Assembly: GCA_051251915.1 (NCBI GenBank)
Contig: JBPOGF010000002.1
Coordinates: forward strand, 128,001 to 192,000
DNA length: 64,000 nt
Origin: Akkermansiaceae bacterium
Lineage (GTDB): Bacteria; Verrucomicrobiota; Verrucomicrobiia; Verrucomicrobiales; Akkermansiaceae
Direction of reading: 5' to 3'
The notes beneath the pieces were generated by a model. That model was not told where the DNA came from, ran no database searches, and saw nothing but the letters and a program-made list of their open reading frames with translations. Below, in pieces: positions 49,121 to 57,119 of the stretch (the stretch's first letter is position 1; each line of letters opens with the position of its first letter). Both the position numbers and the translations under genes were made by a program.

Positions 49121-49936
49121 ATGCCAGCGCAGATCAATCAAAATCAGAAGCTCCAAGAGCTAAAAGACACTCAGAACGAGCGAGATGATCGTAACATAGC
49201 GATTGATCGTGTGGGTGTGAAGGCGCTCAGATTTCCTGTTGAGGTTAGAGAGAAGCAGGGTGGGTCACAGAGGACGGTGGCTACTACTTCGCTAGCGGTG
49301 CATCTTCCTGAGCATTTCAAGGGGACTCATATGAGTCGTTTTGTGGAGGTGTTAAACTCTCACGGAAATTGTCTTGATGTTCGAGAGATGAAGAAGGTTC
49401 CTGAGGAGTTGTTAGGAAGACTCGATGCGTCTCGTGCGCATGTTGAATTTCAGTTTCCATTTTTCCGCACTAAGGCTGCGCCTGTTACAGGTAAAGGTGG
49501 GGTGTTGGACTATGAGGTGAAATTTGAGGTCGATGCTAGCAGTGATGGGACGACTGATTTTATCTGCACTGTGATGGTGCCGGTGGCGACTCTTTGCCCG
49601 TGTTCTAAGGCGATCAGTGAGTATGGAGCGCATAATCAGCGTGGATTAGTTACTTTTGCAGTTAGAGCGAAGCGCCCGATCTGGGTTGAGGATTTGATCG
49701 ACTTGGTGGAATCATCTGCGAGTTGCGAGCTGTATAGCTTGCTGAAACGTCCGGATGAGAAGTTTGTGACTGAGCGAGCTTATGATAATCCTGTTTTTGT
49801 GGAAGATCTGGTTCGTAATGTGGCATCGAAGGCTAATGCTCAGGACAATATCACGTGGTATCGAGTGGAGGCTGAGAACTTTGAGTCGATTCACAATCAT
49901 AATGCGTATGCGATGATTGAGCATACAGCTGAGTAG
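49121..49936 (+). CDS. folE2: GTP cyclohydrolase I type B
   Basis: Motifs IDRVGV, KGTHMSRF, TLCPCSK.IS.YGAHNQR, LLKRPDEK.VTE.AY.NP.FVED and ENFESIHNH.A. Confidence 0.95.
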   Translation: MPAQINQNQKLQELKDTQNERDDRNIAIDRVGVKALRFPVEVREKQGGSQRTVATTSLAVHLPEHFKGTHMSRFVEVLNSHGNCLDVREMKKVPEELLGRLDASRAHVEFQFPFFRTKAAPVTGKGGVLDYEVKFEVDASSDGTTDFICTVMVPVATLCPCSKAISEYGAHNQRGLVTFAVRAKRPIWVEDLIDLVESSASCELYSLLKRPDEKFVTERAYDNPVFVEDLVRNVASKANAQDNITWYRVEAENFESIHNHNAYAMIEHTAE

Positions 49937-50032
49937 GTTGTTGAAGTTTTTGAGTTCATGTGGGCTTAATTTGCCGTGATCGGCATTCTAAAAGTGTGCG
50001 CGGGGCTCTTATTGTTGTTTTTATGGATGCTT

Positions 50033-50198
50033 GTTTAGGCCCATTTCCAAAAGTCTGTTCGCCTATCTTTAGATAAGAATTTCCAATCTCTGCGTTACTT
50101 TTTGACTGAGATGCTCACATCACAGTCTCATCGCGCCTTGATCTAGGAAATTCTTCTGCTGAATCTAACCGACCGAACTTTTGGAAAAGGGTCTAAAC
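50033..50198. mobile_element. MITE-like element (166 bp)
   Basis: 22-bp terminal inverted repeats GTTTAGGCCCATTTCCAAAAGT / ACTTTTGGAAAAGGGTCTAAAC (20/22 match), an inner IR AAGAATTTCC/GGAAATTCTT, and no ORF. Confidence 0.75.
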
Positions 50199-50398
50199 TG
50201 TGCTTTGGTGTGGTTTAAATTGGGTCAATAAAGGGATTAGGTTAGAGTTGTGATTTTCGAGTAAATTCTTGTATCCGAAAATAATTCGGTTGAGAGTTAT
50301 GACAATTGTTAGTTTAGGTCTCTCAACTTTTAAAAGGTCTCAGTGTGTCTTTGAAGTGATGGATTTTTGACTTTACTCAACTTACTCATATTACAATC

Positions 50399-52759
50399 AT
50401 GCACGAGAAAACTAATTCAGAAGAAAATGCTGTGTCCAGACGTTCATTCCTCCGCCGCTCATCATTGGCAACGGCAGTTCTAGGGATGGTTCCGGGGTCT
50501 ATTTATGGCGCTACGGAGCCAAAGAAAACAAGTATAGCAAATGTTTCTGGGCCTTTGTCTCTTTGGTATGATAAGCCTGCGGAGAACTGGATGAAGGAGG
50601 CGTTGCCGATTGGTAACGGGCCGATGGGTGCTATGTTGTTTGGTGGCACGGAAGTTGAGCGGATACAGTTTAATGAGATCAGCTTGTGGAGTGGAGATCG
50701 TGTTGCTCCTAAGGGGACGGTGCTGGGAGATACTGATGATGAGGAGGTGTATAATCTTGGTGCACACCAGGCGTTTGGTGATGTTTTCATACGGTTTGGG
50801 CATGATCCCGAGAAGGTGAGTAATTATTGTAGGGAGCTCAACATTGATCGTGCGGTGCATACGGTGACTTATGAATATGAGGGGGTGAAATACACTCAGA
50901 CTGCTTTTGCTAGTCATCCTGCGAAGGTTATTGTGGTTCAGCTGTCTGCGGATAAGCCGGGTTCATGTAGTGGGCGACTCTGGCTGACTGATATGCATAA
51001 TGCTGATATCAGTCTGGAGAAGAATCGTTTCACTGCGGTGGGTAAGATGCCTAATGAGTTTGAGTATGAATCTCAGCTTCAGGTGCTGAATAATGGTGGT
51101 GAACTGAAAGTAGGGAAGGTGGAGAACTCTGAGATAAGTCCGATGCCTCCGTTGGGGGTAGAGTTTATAGGTTGTGACAGCGTTACGCTGGTGTTGGGTG
51201 CGGGAACGAATTTTGAGCAGGATCACTTGAAGGAGTGGTTGGGCGAGCATCCGCATGAGAGGGTGAGTGGTAATGTGGATATGGCTGCGGCTAAAAGTTT
51301 TGATGATTTATTGGCTGAGCACGTGAAGGATTATCAGTCCTTGTTCCACCGGTTCTCGATAGATTTAGGTAAAACGGATGCGAAGCTTGCTGCTAAGAGC
51401 ACGACTGAGCGTTTAGAAGCTTATACGAGTAAGAAGACGGCTGATCCGGAGATTGAGGCTTTGTTTTGCCAGTTTGGGCGTTATTTGTTGATTTCTTGTT
51501 CACGTCCTGGTGCGTTGCCGGCGAATTTGCAGGGTGTGTGGAACAATAGTAATTTGCCTGTCTGGGCTGGTGATTATCATTCGAATATTAATCTTGAGAT
51601 GAACTATTGGCCGGTGGAGACAGCGAATATTGCTGAGTGTCATGTGCCGTTTATTGATTATGTGGATAGTATCCGCGAGGTTAGTGCTGAGATCACGAAG
51701 GTTCAGTATGGGGATGTGCGCGGCTGGACGATCCGGACGATGAATAATGCTTGTGGGATTTCTTACTGGAAGTGGAATGGACCTGGTAGTGCTTGGTATG
51801 CACAGCATCTCTGGGAGCATTATGCATTTGGTCGTGATAAGGAGTATTTGCGTAACAAAGCTTATCCGATCATGAAGGAGATCTGTCATTTCTGGGAAGA
51901 TCATTTGAAGCGTCGTGCTGATGGAACGCTTGTTACTCCTGATGGGTGGTCTCCTGAGCAGTATAAGTATGAGCCGGAAGAGGGGGTGACATACGATCAG
52001 GAAATCATTTTTGATTTGTTTAATAATACGGTAGAGGCGGCTGATGAGCTGGGGGATGATAAGAAATTCCGTGATCATATAGCGGCGATGCGTGATGATC
52101 TTCTGAAGCCTGCTATTGGTCGTTGGGGACAGCTGAAGGAGTGGGAGGTGGATAAGGATGATCCTGATGATAAACATCGTCATGTTTCTCATTTGTTTGG
52201 TTTGTTCCCTGGGCGTCAGATTAATATGGCTCAGACTCCGAAGCTGGCTGAGGCGGCAAGGGTTTCTCTTAATGCGCGTGGTGATGAGAGCACTGGTTGG
52301 AGCCGTGCTTGGAAAATTAATTTTTGGGCACGACTTAGAGATGGTGACCGTGCGCATAAGTTGCTGCGTAGCTTGATCAACCTGGTTAGTGAGACGCGGA
52401 CGATTTATGGTAATAGTGGTGGTGGAGTATATTCTAATTTGCTCTGCTCACATCCACCTTTCCAGATTGATGGGAACTTGGGTGCGACTGCGGGATACTG
52501 TGAGATGCTGGTGCAGAGTCATGCGGAGCAGATCCAGTTACTTCCGGCGCTACCTGAGGCGTGGGCTACTGGTTCACTGAAGGGGTTGCGTGCTCGCGGT
52601 GGGTTTGAGGTGGATATGACCTGGGCGGCTGGTAAGTTGACTGGTGCTACTATTCACTCGAAGACTAGCGGTGGTTGTAAGGTTGTTTATGGAAAACAGG
52701 AATGGGTGTTAGAAACTGTTGCAGGCAAGTCCTATCCTCTTACGCTCGAAGGAGAATAA
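50399..52759 (+). CDS. GH95 alpha-L-fucosidase-like glycoside hydrolase, Tat-exported
   Basis: Tat motif SRRSFL; motifs EALPIGNG, GRYLLISCSR...PANLQG.WN, YH.NINLEMNYW, HRHVSHL and HPPFQIDGN. Confidence 0.93.
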   Translation: MHEKTNSEENAVSRRSFLRRSSLATAVLGMVPGSIYGATEPKKTSIANVSGPLSLWYDKPAENWMKEALPIGNGPMGAMLFGGTEVERIQFNEISLWSGDRVAPKGTVLGDTDDEEVYNLGAHQAFGDVFIRFGHDPEKVSNYCRELNIDRAVHTVTYEYEGVKYTQTAFASHPAKVIVVQLSADKPGSCSGRLWLTDMHNADISLEKNRFTAVGKMPNEFEYESQLQVLNNGGELKVGKVENSEISPMPPLGVEFIGCDSVTLVLGAGTNFEQDHLKEWLGEHPHERVSGNVDMAAAKSFDDLLAEHVKDYQSLFHRFSIDLGKTDAKLAAKSTTERLEAYTSKKTADPEIEALFCQFGRYLLISCSRPGALPANLQGVWNNSNLPVWAGDYHSNINLEMNYWPVETANIAECHVPFIDYVDSIREVSAEITKVQYGDVRGWTIRTMNNACGISYWKWNGPGSAWYAQHLWEHYAFGRDKEYLRNKAYPIMKEICHFWEDHLKRRADGTLVTPDGWSPEQYKYEPEEGVTYDQEIIFDLFNNTVEAADELGDDKKFRDHIAAMRDDLLKPAIGRWGQLKEWEVDKDDPDDKHRHVSHLFGLFPGRQINMAQTPKLAEAARVSLNARGDESTGWSRAWKINFWARLRDGDRAHKLLRSLINLVSETRTIYGNSGGGVYSNLLCSHPPFQIDGNLGATAGYCEMLVQSHAEQIQLLPALPEAWATGSLKGLRARGGFEVDMTWAAGKLTGATIHSKTSGGCKVVYGKQEWVLETVAGKSYPLTLEGE

Positions 52760-53011
52760 TCTGGATGTCTGCTCTCTCATGATCATTTCTCTGCTAGCAG
52801 TGTCTCTTTTGGTTGCTGTTAGTGGATAAATTATTGAATGAGGGGCTGGCTGAGGGAGGTAGAAATAGCTCTGATTTTAGAGCTATAAGTGGTTTATTTG
52901 GCATATTTAACCTGGGGGCATTGGCATAGGATCTGCTCGTTATTTTTCAGTAACATCAATCCTAACGCTCTACAGTGGCTTGGTGAATTGAATTCATGCA
53001 CCCCTTATATT

Positions 53012-53863
53012 ATGTTCATTCTAAAGGATACCATACTTGGTAATACTGAGGCGACAAGCAGTCCATCATCTTCAGTCAGGCGTTTTTACCGCGCGAGAAA
53101 TATACTTCCTGAGGAGGTCTTGGATTGGGATAATGCACGGTCTATTCCGCATGATGCTCCGTATTGGGATGACATGTTTGCAAATAGCACTAGAGCTGGA
53201 ATTAGCGCGGCTAGGCAGAGTCTGAAGCCGGCTTGTTTTGTCTGGGGGGTGATGGCTTTTATTGCTGTGCTCTATTATGCGGTGCCAGCGACGCAGAGTT
53301 TTTTTACGGCACTTGATGCGCTGCAGACGAAGATGGGGTTGTTTTTTCCGTTCTTGGGGATGGGGTTGTCTGTTGGTTTTCTAGCTGAAGCTGTGAAGGT
53401 GGTGATGTCTAAGGAGAAGCGGTGGACTAGGGCTAATACAGGCAATGCGGTTTTCAATTTGTTGATGTTTGGTTTTTTGGGGGTTTTACAGAGCTATTTT
53501 TATGCATTGCAGGCGACGCTTTTTGGGATGGGGAGTTCTTGGAAGGTTTTGGTTCCGAAGGTGCTTTTTGATCAGTTTGTCTGGACGGTGTTCTTGGCGA
53601 ATCCTTATCAGACGATTCTCTATCTGTGGAAGAATAAGGGGTTTTCTTTTAAGCGTGTGGGTGAGCAGATGTCACCTTTTAGACAATTCTGGGGAACGCA
53701 GATTTTACCTGTGTTGATTACGAACTGGGCTTTTTGGATTCCTATGGTTTCTATTATTTACTGTTTCCCTGGGGAGTTACAACTACCTCTCGCTATCCTA
53801 GCAGTCACGATCTGGGTGCTACTCCTTTCTATACTTACTACAAACGAAGATGAAGCAGCCTGA
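53012..53863 (+). CDS. Mpv17/PMP22-like membrane protein (ORF track start 52889)
   Basis: Several TM helices plus KVLFDQFVW...NP and NWAFWIP...IIY..P..LQ motifs resembling the Mpv17/PMP22 family. Confidence 0.6.
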   Translation: MFILKDTILGNTEATSSPSSSVRRFYRARNILPEEVLDWDNARSIPHDAPYWDDMFANSTRAGISAARQSLKPACFVWGVMAFIAVLYYAVPATQSFFTALDALQTKMGLFFPFLGMGLSVGFLAEAVKVVMSKEKRWTRANTGNAVFNLLMFGFLGVLQSYFYALQATLFGMGSSWKVLVPKVLFDQFVWTVFLANPYQTILYLWKNKGFSFKRVGEQMSPFRQFWGTQILPVLITNWAFWIPMVSIIYCFPGELQLPLAILAVTIWVLLLSILTTNEDEAA

Positions 53864-54872
53864 TACTTTATTACCTCCGATACTTGCAGTGGGGACATTT
53901 GTTGTTGATTACCAGAAGGTGGTCGACCATTATCCGGAAGAACGCTCAGGGACGAAAGTGAGGAAAGAGCTGGTTAGTAATGGTGGGGCTCCTCTTAATA
54001 TATTGATCAATTTGGCTAAGCTGGAGGTTAAATTTCCTTTGTTTGCGGCGGCTAAGGTTGGCAAAGATCTTGATGGGAAATATATTATCGATTGCTGTCA
54101 AGAGCACAAAATAGATACTTCACAGCTGGTGCCTGTGGATGATGCAAGCACAGGGTATACGGATGTTTATACTGTGGAGAGCACGGGGAAGCACACTTGT
54201 TTTCATTTTTGTGGAATTGGGGATACGTTTTCTCGGCGAGATGTGAAGTTGAGGGCGGTGAAACCAAAAATTCTTTTACTGGGTTCTCTAGGAGCACTGG
54301 GGAAAATGGACTGTCATAATCCTGAGTATGGTCGGACTGGTGCGGCACAACTGCTGCGAGATGCGCGGAAACAGGATATCACTACTGTGGTGGAAATAGC
54401 TCCAATTGATCAGCAGGCTAAGATAGGGGATTTTACGGAGGCGTTGCCGTTTACTGATTTCTTGATTATCAATGATAGGGTTGCTGAGAATTTGTTGAGT
54501 GTGGAGCTGTATTCTGAGGGGCAGTTTGATCCGGAGTTGGCGCGGAAGGCTTGTGAGATGTTGTTGGGTTATGGGTTGAATAAGGCTGTTGTGATTCAGT
54601 CTGGATCGGCGGCGGTTTACTTGGGAGCTGATGGTGAGTTTGAGCATCAGAGTGGGTATTTCCTTCCTTGGGCTCAGCGTGTGGGATCTGCTGGAGTGGA
54701 TCATGCGTTTATTTCTGGTTTTCTTGAGGGGATGTATCATGAAAAGTCTGTTGAGGTGTGTCTTAAGCAAGGTTTGGCTGTTTCGACAGTTTGCCGTTGT
54801 GATCTGACTCCTTCTGGTGGGATATCTGCGTTGGAGGATTGTATTGCGTTTTGTGAGGCGCTGGGGGCTTAG
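53850..54872 (+). CDS. PfkB/ribokinase-family protein with an atypical C-terminal signature
   Basis: Motifs NGGAP.N..I.LAKL, KVG.D.DG, TGYTDV and D.LIIN. The C-terminal signature reads GSAGVDHAFISGFL. Confidence 0.8.
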   Translation: MKQPDTLLPPILAVGTFVVDYQKVVDHYPEERSGTKVRKELVSNGGAPLNILINLAKLEVKFPLFAAAKVGKDLDGKYIIDCCQEHKIDTSQLVPVDDASTGYTDVYTVESTGKHTCFHFCGIGDTFSRRDVKLRAVKPKILLLGSLGALGKMDCHNPEYGRTGAAQLLRDARKQDITTVVEIAPIDQQAKIGDFTEALPFTDFLIINDRVAENLLSVELYSEGQFDPELARKACEMLLGYGLNKAVVIQSGSAAVYLGADGEFEHQSGYFLPWAQRVGSAGVDHAFISGFLEGMYHEKSVEVCLKQGLAVSTVCRCDLTPSGGISALEDCIAFCEALGA

Positions 54873-54917
54873 ACCAATCTGTAAAACAGATCCGCCAAAT
54901 GGGTTGGTATGGGTTAT

Positions 54918-54975
54918 TTTAGATAGTGTTTCACACTTAGAGAGGAGGAGGGTGCTTTTGTTTCTATCTGCGTTA
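54918..54975 (+). repeat. Truncated copy of the 20.85 kb element
   Basis: 17-bp identity plus extended similarity, including CTGCGTTA as in the 50 kb MITE. Confidence 0.55.
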
Positions 54976-55060
54976 TTGCTCAGTAATGATGCTTAGGAGT
55001 GGTTACTGGAATTTATGGTTTACCCTTGATAGGGGCTGGGCAAATGTGCAACTTGTGTTC

Positions 55061-55882
55061 ATGCACATTGAAAATGCGAGTAAGCAGTACATCGTAAAAC
55101 CTGGTAGTAAGGTTAAGCTGTCTGAGATAGATACGAATGATAAATCACTTTATACGGCTGGTAAGGAGCACCATCATGATGAGCTTCATGATTTAAGAGA
55201 GGAGCTTCGAGAGTTGCAAAACTTGTTGTATGCTGAAGGGAAGCAGAAGCTTCTGGTTATTATTCAGGCGATGGATACTGGTGGTAAAGATGGGTGCGTG
55301 AAGTCGGTGTTTGGCCGTGTGGATCCTCAGGGGATTCATGTTTCTTCGTTCAAGCAGCCATCTAAGGAGGAGTTATCGCATGATTATTTGTGGCGAATTC
55401 ACCAGCATGCTCCTGGGAATGGGATGATCGCGGTGTTTAACCGTAGTCAGTATGAAGATATTATTGCGGTGAAGGTGAAGGAGATTTTCCCTGAGTCTGT
55501 GTGGAGTAAGAGGTATAGGCATGTAGTGGAGTTTGAGCGGATGCTGGCTGAGGAGGGGACGAAGATTGTGAAGATCTTCCTGCATATTTCTAAGGATGAA
55601 CAGAAGGAGAGGCTTCAGGCGAGGCTGGATGAGGCTGATAAGAACTGGAAATTCAATCCTGGTGATCTTGAAGATAGAGCTAGGTGGGATGACTTTATGG
55701 CGGAGTATGAGAATATTTTTGAGAAGACTAGTACTGATGAGGCGCCTTGGTTTATCGTTCCTGCTGATAGGAAGTGGTATAGAAATCTGGTGGTGAGTCA
55801 GATTATTATTGATGCGTTGGAGTCGCTCAATATGAAATATCCTACGACAGATTGGGATCCGGCAGATATTAAAATTCAGTAA
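55061..55882 (+). CDS. ppk2: Polyphosphate kinase 2 family protein (ORF track start 54986)
   Basis: Walker A QAMDTGGKDG, SFK.PS.EEL.HDYLWR, FNRSQYED, FLHISK.EQ..RL..R and APW..VPAD.KWYRN. Confidence 0.93.
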   Translation: MHIENASKQYIVKPGSKVKLSEIDTNDKSLYTAGKEHHHDELHDLREELRELQNLLYAEGKQKLLVIIQAMDTGGKDGCVKSVFGRVDPQGIHVSSFKQPSKEELSHDYLWRIHQHAPGNGMIAVFNRSQYEDIIAVKVKEIFPESVWSKRYRHVVEFERMLAEEGTKIVKIFLHISKDEQKERLQARLDEADKNWKFNPGDLEDRARWDDFMAEYENIFEKTSTDEAPWFIVPADRKWYRNLVVSQIIIDALESLNMKYPTTDWDPADIKIQ

Positions 55883-55883
55883 G

Positions 55884-56201
55884 ATGAAGTTTATTTATAA
55901 GTATGTGTTACTCGTGGTGGCGGTGGCGGCGAGTGGTTTTTTCATCCAGAAGTTGTGCTATCGGTTTCCGACTGTGCAGGAGATGAAGGATTATCACGAG
56001 GGGCATTATTCTACGGAGATTGTCTCGTTGACTGCTGAAGGCGAGGGTGAGCAGAAGGATGGTTTGCTGGTTTTTCGTGCTCAGCACACTAATGGGCAGG
56101 GCTTTACTGAGCGTTATAAGGTCGAGGCTGGTAAGGCTTGGGTTCTTCCGTGGGAGACTTATTGGGATAGTAGGGCGCGGATGAAGGACGATACTAAGTA
56201 G
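55884..56201 (+). CDS. Small membrane-anchored hypothetical protein
   Basis: Starts 1 bp after the ppk2 stop, has an N-terminal TM helix and host-like codon bias. Confidence 0.65.
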   Translation: MKFIYKYVLLVVAVAASGFFIQKLCYRFPTVQEMKDYHEGHYSTEIVSLTAEGEGEQKDGLLVFRAQHTNGQGFTERYKVEAGKAWVLPWETYWDSRARMKDDTK

Positions 56202-56215
56202 TCTTAAGTGGTGAT

Positions 56216-56992
56216 TTAGGCTGAGTGTTTATTATGTTCTTGTTGGGCTCTTAGCATGGCTACTTGGACTACTGCTGGTATGGTAACGCGGTAGGCAGGG
56301 CCAGCTACGTCTGCTGCGGTCCATGCAGCTGAGGCTGTCCAGCCAATAGGGCCTAGGATGAAGCCTAGTGTTCTGGTGATGCCGATGTTTGCGGCAAGTT
56401 TGAGACCACGTCCTATCATTTGTTTCGTGACCGCACTTGATACGATTAGAGCAACTTGATACGCAATGACTTTGCTGTTTTTAACGGCTGATCCTATTGC
56501 GGTGGAGAGGTCTTGAGATGTAAAACTAGTTAGTTCAAGGTCGAGTTCATCGGAGATTTTCTTTAGTTCATCGGTGCTTAGGTCAGTAAGTGACTCGGTG
56601 AGGATTTTTGTAAGAATGCTTAGCTCAATCTCGGTTATTGAATCTGATTTATTAACATCTACTTTTAGTTTTTTGGCCACATCTGAGGTAATTTCGCGGT
56701 AGAGCACTCCTTTTCCTCTTACCGCTGTGGCTATGGTGTTAGCGCCGTATCTTTGGATTTCATCTGCGATGATGTGCCAGTATTGGTGGTGGTCGGGTTG
56801 GTTGTCTTGGTAGAGGGAGTTGGAGGTAAGTGATTCTGAGAATCTGGCTTTGCCTTTTTTGTCTTGGGTGAGAATTTGGACCAATGGGTCGAGTTGCTCG
56901 GAGGTTATTTTAGCCAGGAAATTTAAGTCTAGATCGTCTCTCATAAATGTAAGATCATCCTTATTGGTGATTTTATCAATTAATATCTTCAA
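56216..56992 (-). CDS. YaaW/DUF3944-like protein (start possibly 56944)
   Basis: Motifs D.DL.FL, L..LV.ILT.D..G..R..E.L, IA.EIQ.YG.NT.A...RG.GVLYREI..DV and GPAYRVTIPAV.Q.A.LR. Confidence 0.8.
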   Translation of the reverse strand: MKILIDKITNKDDLTFMRDDLDLNFLAKITSEQLDPLVQILTQDKKGKARFSESLTSNSLYQDNQPDHHQYWHIIADEIQRYGANTIATAVRGKGVLYREITSDVAKKLKVDVNKSDSITEIELSILTKILTESLTDLSTDELKKISDELDLELTSFTSQDLSTAIGSAVKNSKVIAYQVALIVSSAVTKQMIGRGLKLAANIGITRTLGFILGPIGWTASAAWTAADVAGPAYRVTIPAVVQVAMLRAQQEHNKHSA

Positions 56993-57119
56993 AGCGGTGC
57001 TAGGTTGGCTAGTGTTAAAATAAATCAGATAAAAATGTCACAAAGTGTGGAGTTAGTGACAAGTAGGGTTGTAGCTCGGTGTTTTCCTTGTTATTTACAG
57101 CTAACCAAACCTTTTAATC

